From: PVC group bacterium
Lineage (GTDB): Bacteria; Auribacterota; Erginobacteria; Erginobacterales; Erginobacteraceae
Direction of reading: 5' to 3'
NCBI GenBank assembly: GCA_043804695.1
Contig: JAZDIV010000106.1
Span: 344 to 64,343, forward strand
Length of the DNA: 64,000 bases
Part shown: in pieces, positions 63,988-64,000 of the stretch
Position numbering within the stretch: position 1 is the stretch's first letter
Layout: every line of letters begins with the position of its first letter
Translations under genes and position numbers: made by a program
Notes under the pieces: model-generated
Told to the model about the DNA's origin: nothing
Databases searched by the model: none
The model's input: the letters and a program-made list of their open reading frames with translations, nothing else

Positions 63988-64000
63988 GAGGAATAACCCC

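Larger units (their letters stand above)
60081..64000 (-). mobile_element. integron-type gene cassette array (no integrase inside the window; continues off the right edge)
   Basis: Four attC-like sites, each just 3' of minus-strand ORFs, with R/L box architecture and conserved polarity. See the individual sites and findings. Confidence 0.5.

Overview
GC-rich bacterial chromosome segment. I saw no rRNA, tRNA or CRISPR array.

- **Left about 5.5 kb, housekeeping:** rpmA (partial), obg, proB (split by a frameshift at a G7 run), nadD, rsfS, argS.
- **About 5.5-13.3 kb:** a 471-bp element with perfect 24-bp inverted ends carrying the wreck of a RAYT/IS200-like Y1 transposase. Then a minus-strand PHP-type lipoprotein. 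Then an AT-rich AbiEii-type toxin/partner islet whose stop overlaps (ATGA) the start of an NfeD-NfeD-FloA (flotillin) operon.
- **About 13.45-54.9 kb, one very large Wzx/Wzy-type glycan locus:**
  - core machinery: priming phosphoglycosyl transferase, Wzz-like protein, MurJ/Wzx-like flippase, Wzy-like polymerase
  - glycosyltransferases: six GT-B, three GT2 (one fused to a methyltransferase), three ArnT/PMT-like GT-C (two with a C-terminal CBM-like module)
  - five radical SAM enzymes: two small SPASM-like paralogues and three B12-binding
  - three sulfatase-fold proteins lacking the formylglycine motif
  - a CapK/PaaK-like adenylating enzyme, a pyruvyl transferase and an SDR epimerase/dehydratase
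  - the locus is interrupted by a self-promoted DUF4143 ATPase
- **Right end:** a BMP-family lipoprotein and gcvH-gcvPA-gcvPB.
- **From about 60.08 kb to the window edge:** a minus-strand series of small cassettes separated by attC-like sites. Cargo is a TPP decarboxylase, BrnT/BrnA, an ORF-less cassette and a YgiT-like gene. This is best explained as an integron cassette array whose integrase would lie beyond the right edge.

Several dispersed hairpin-repeat families occupy the intergenic regions. All functional calls come from motif recognition by eye, with no database search.
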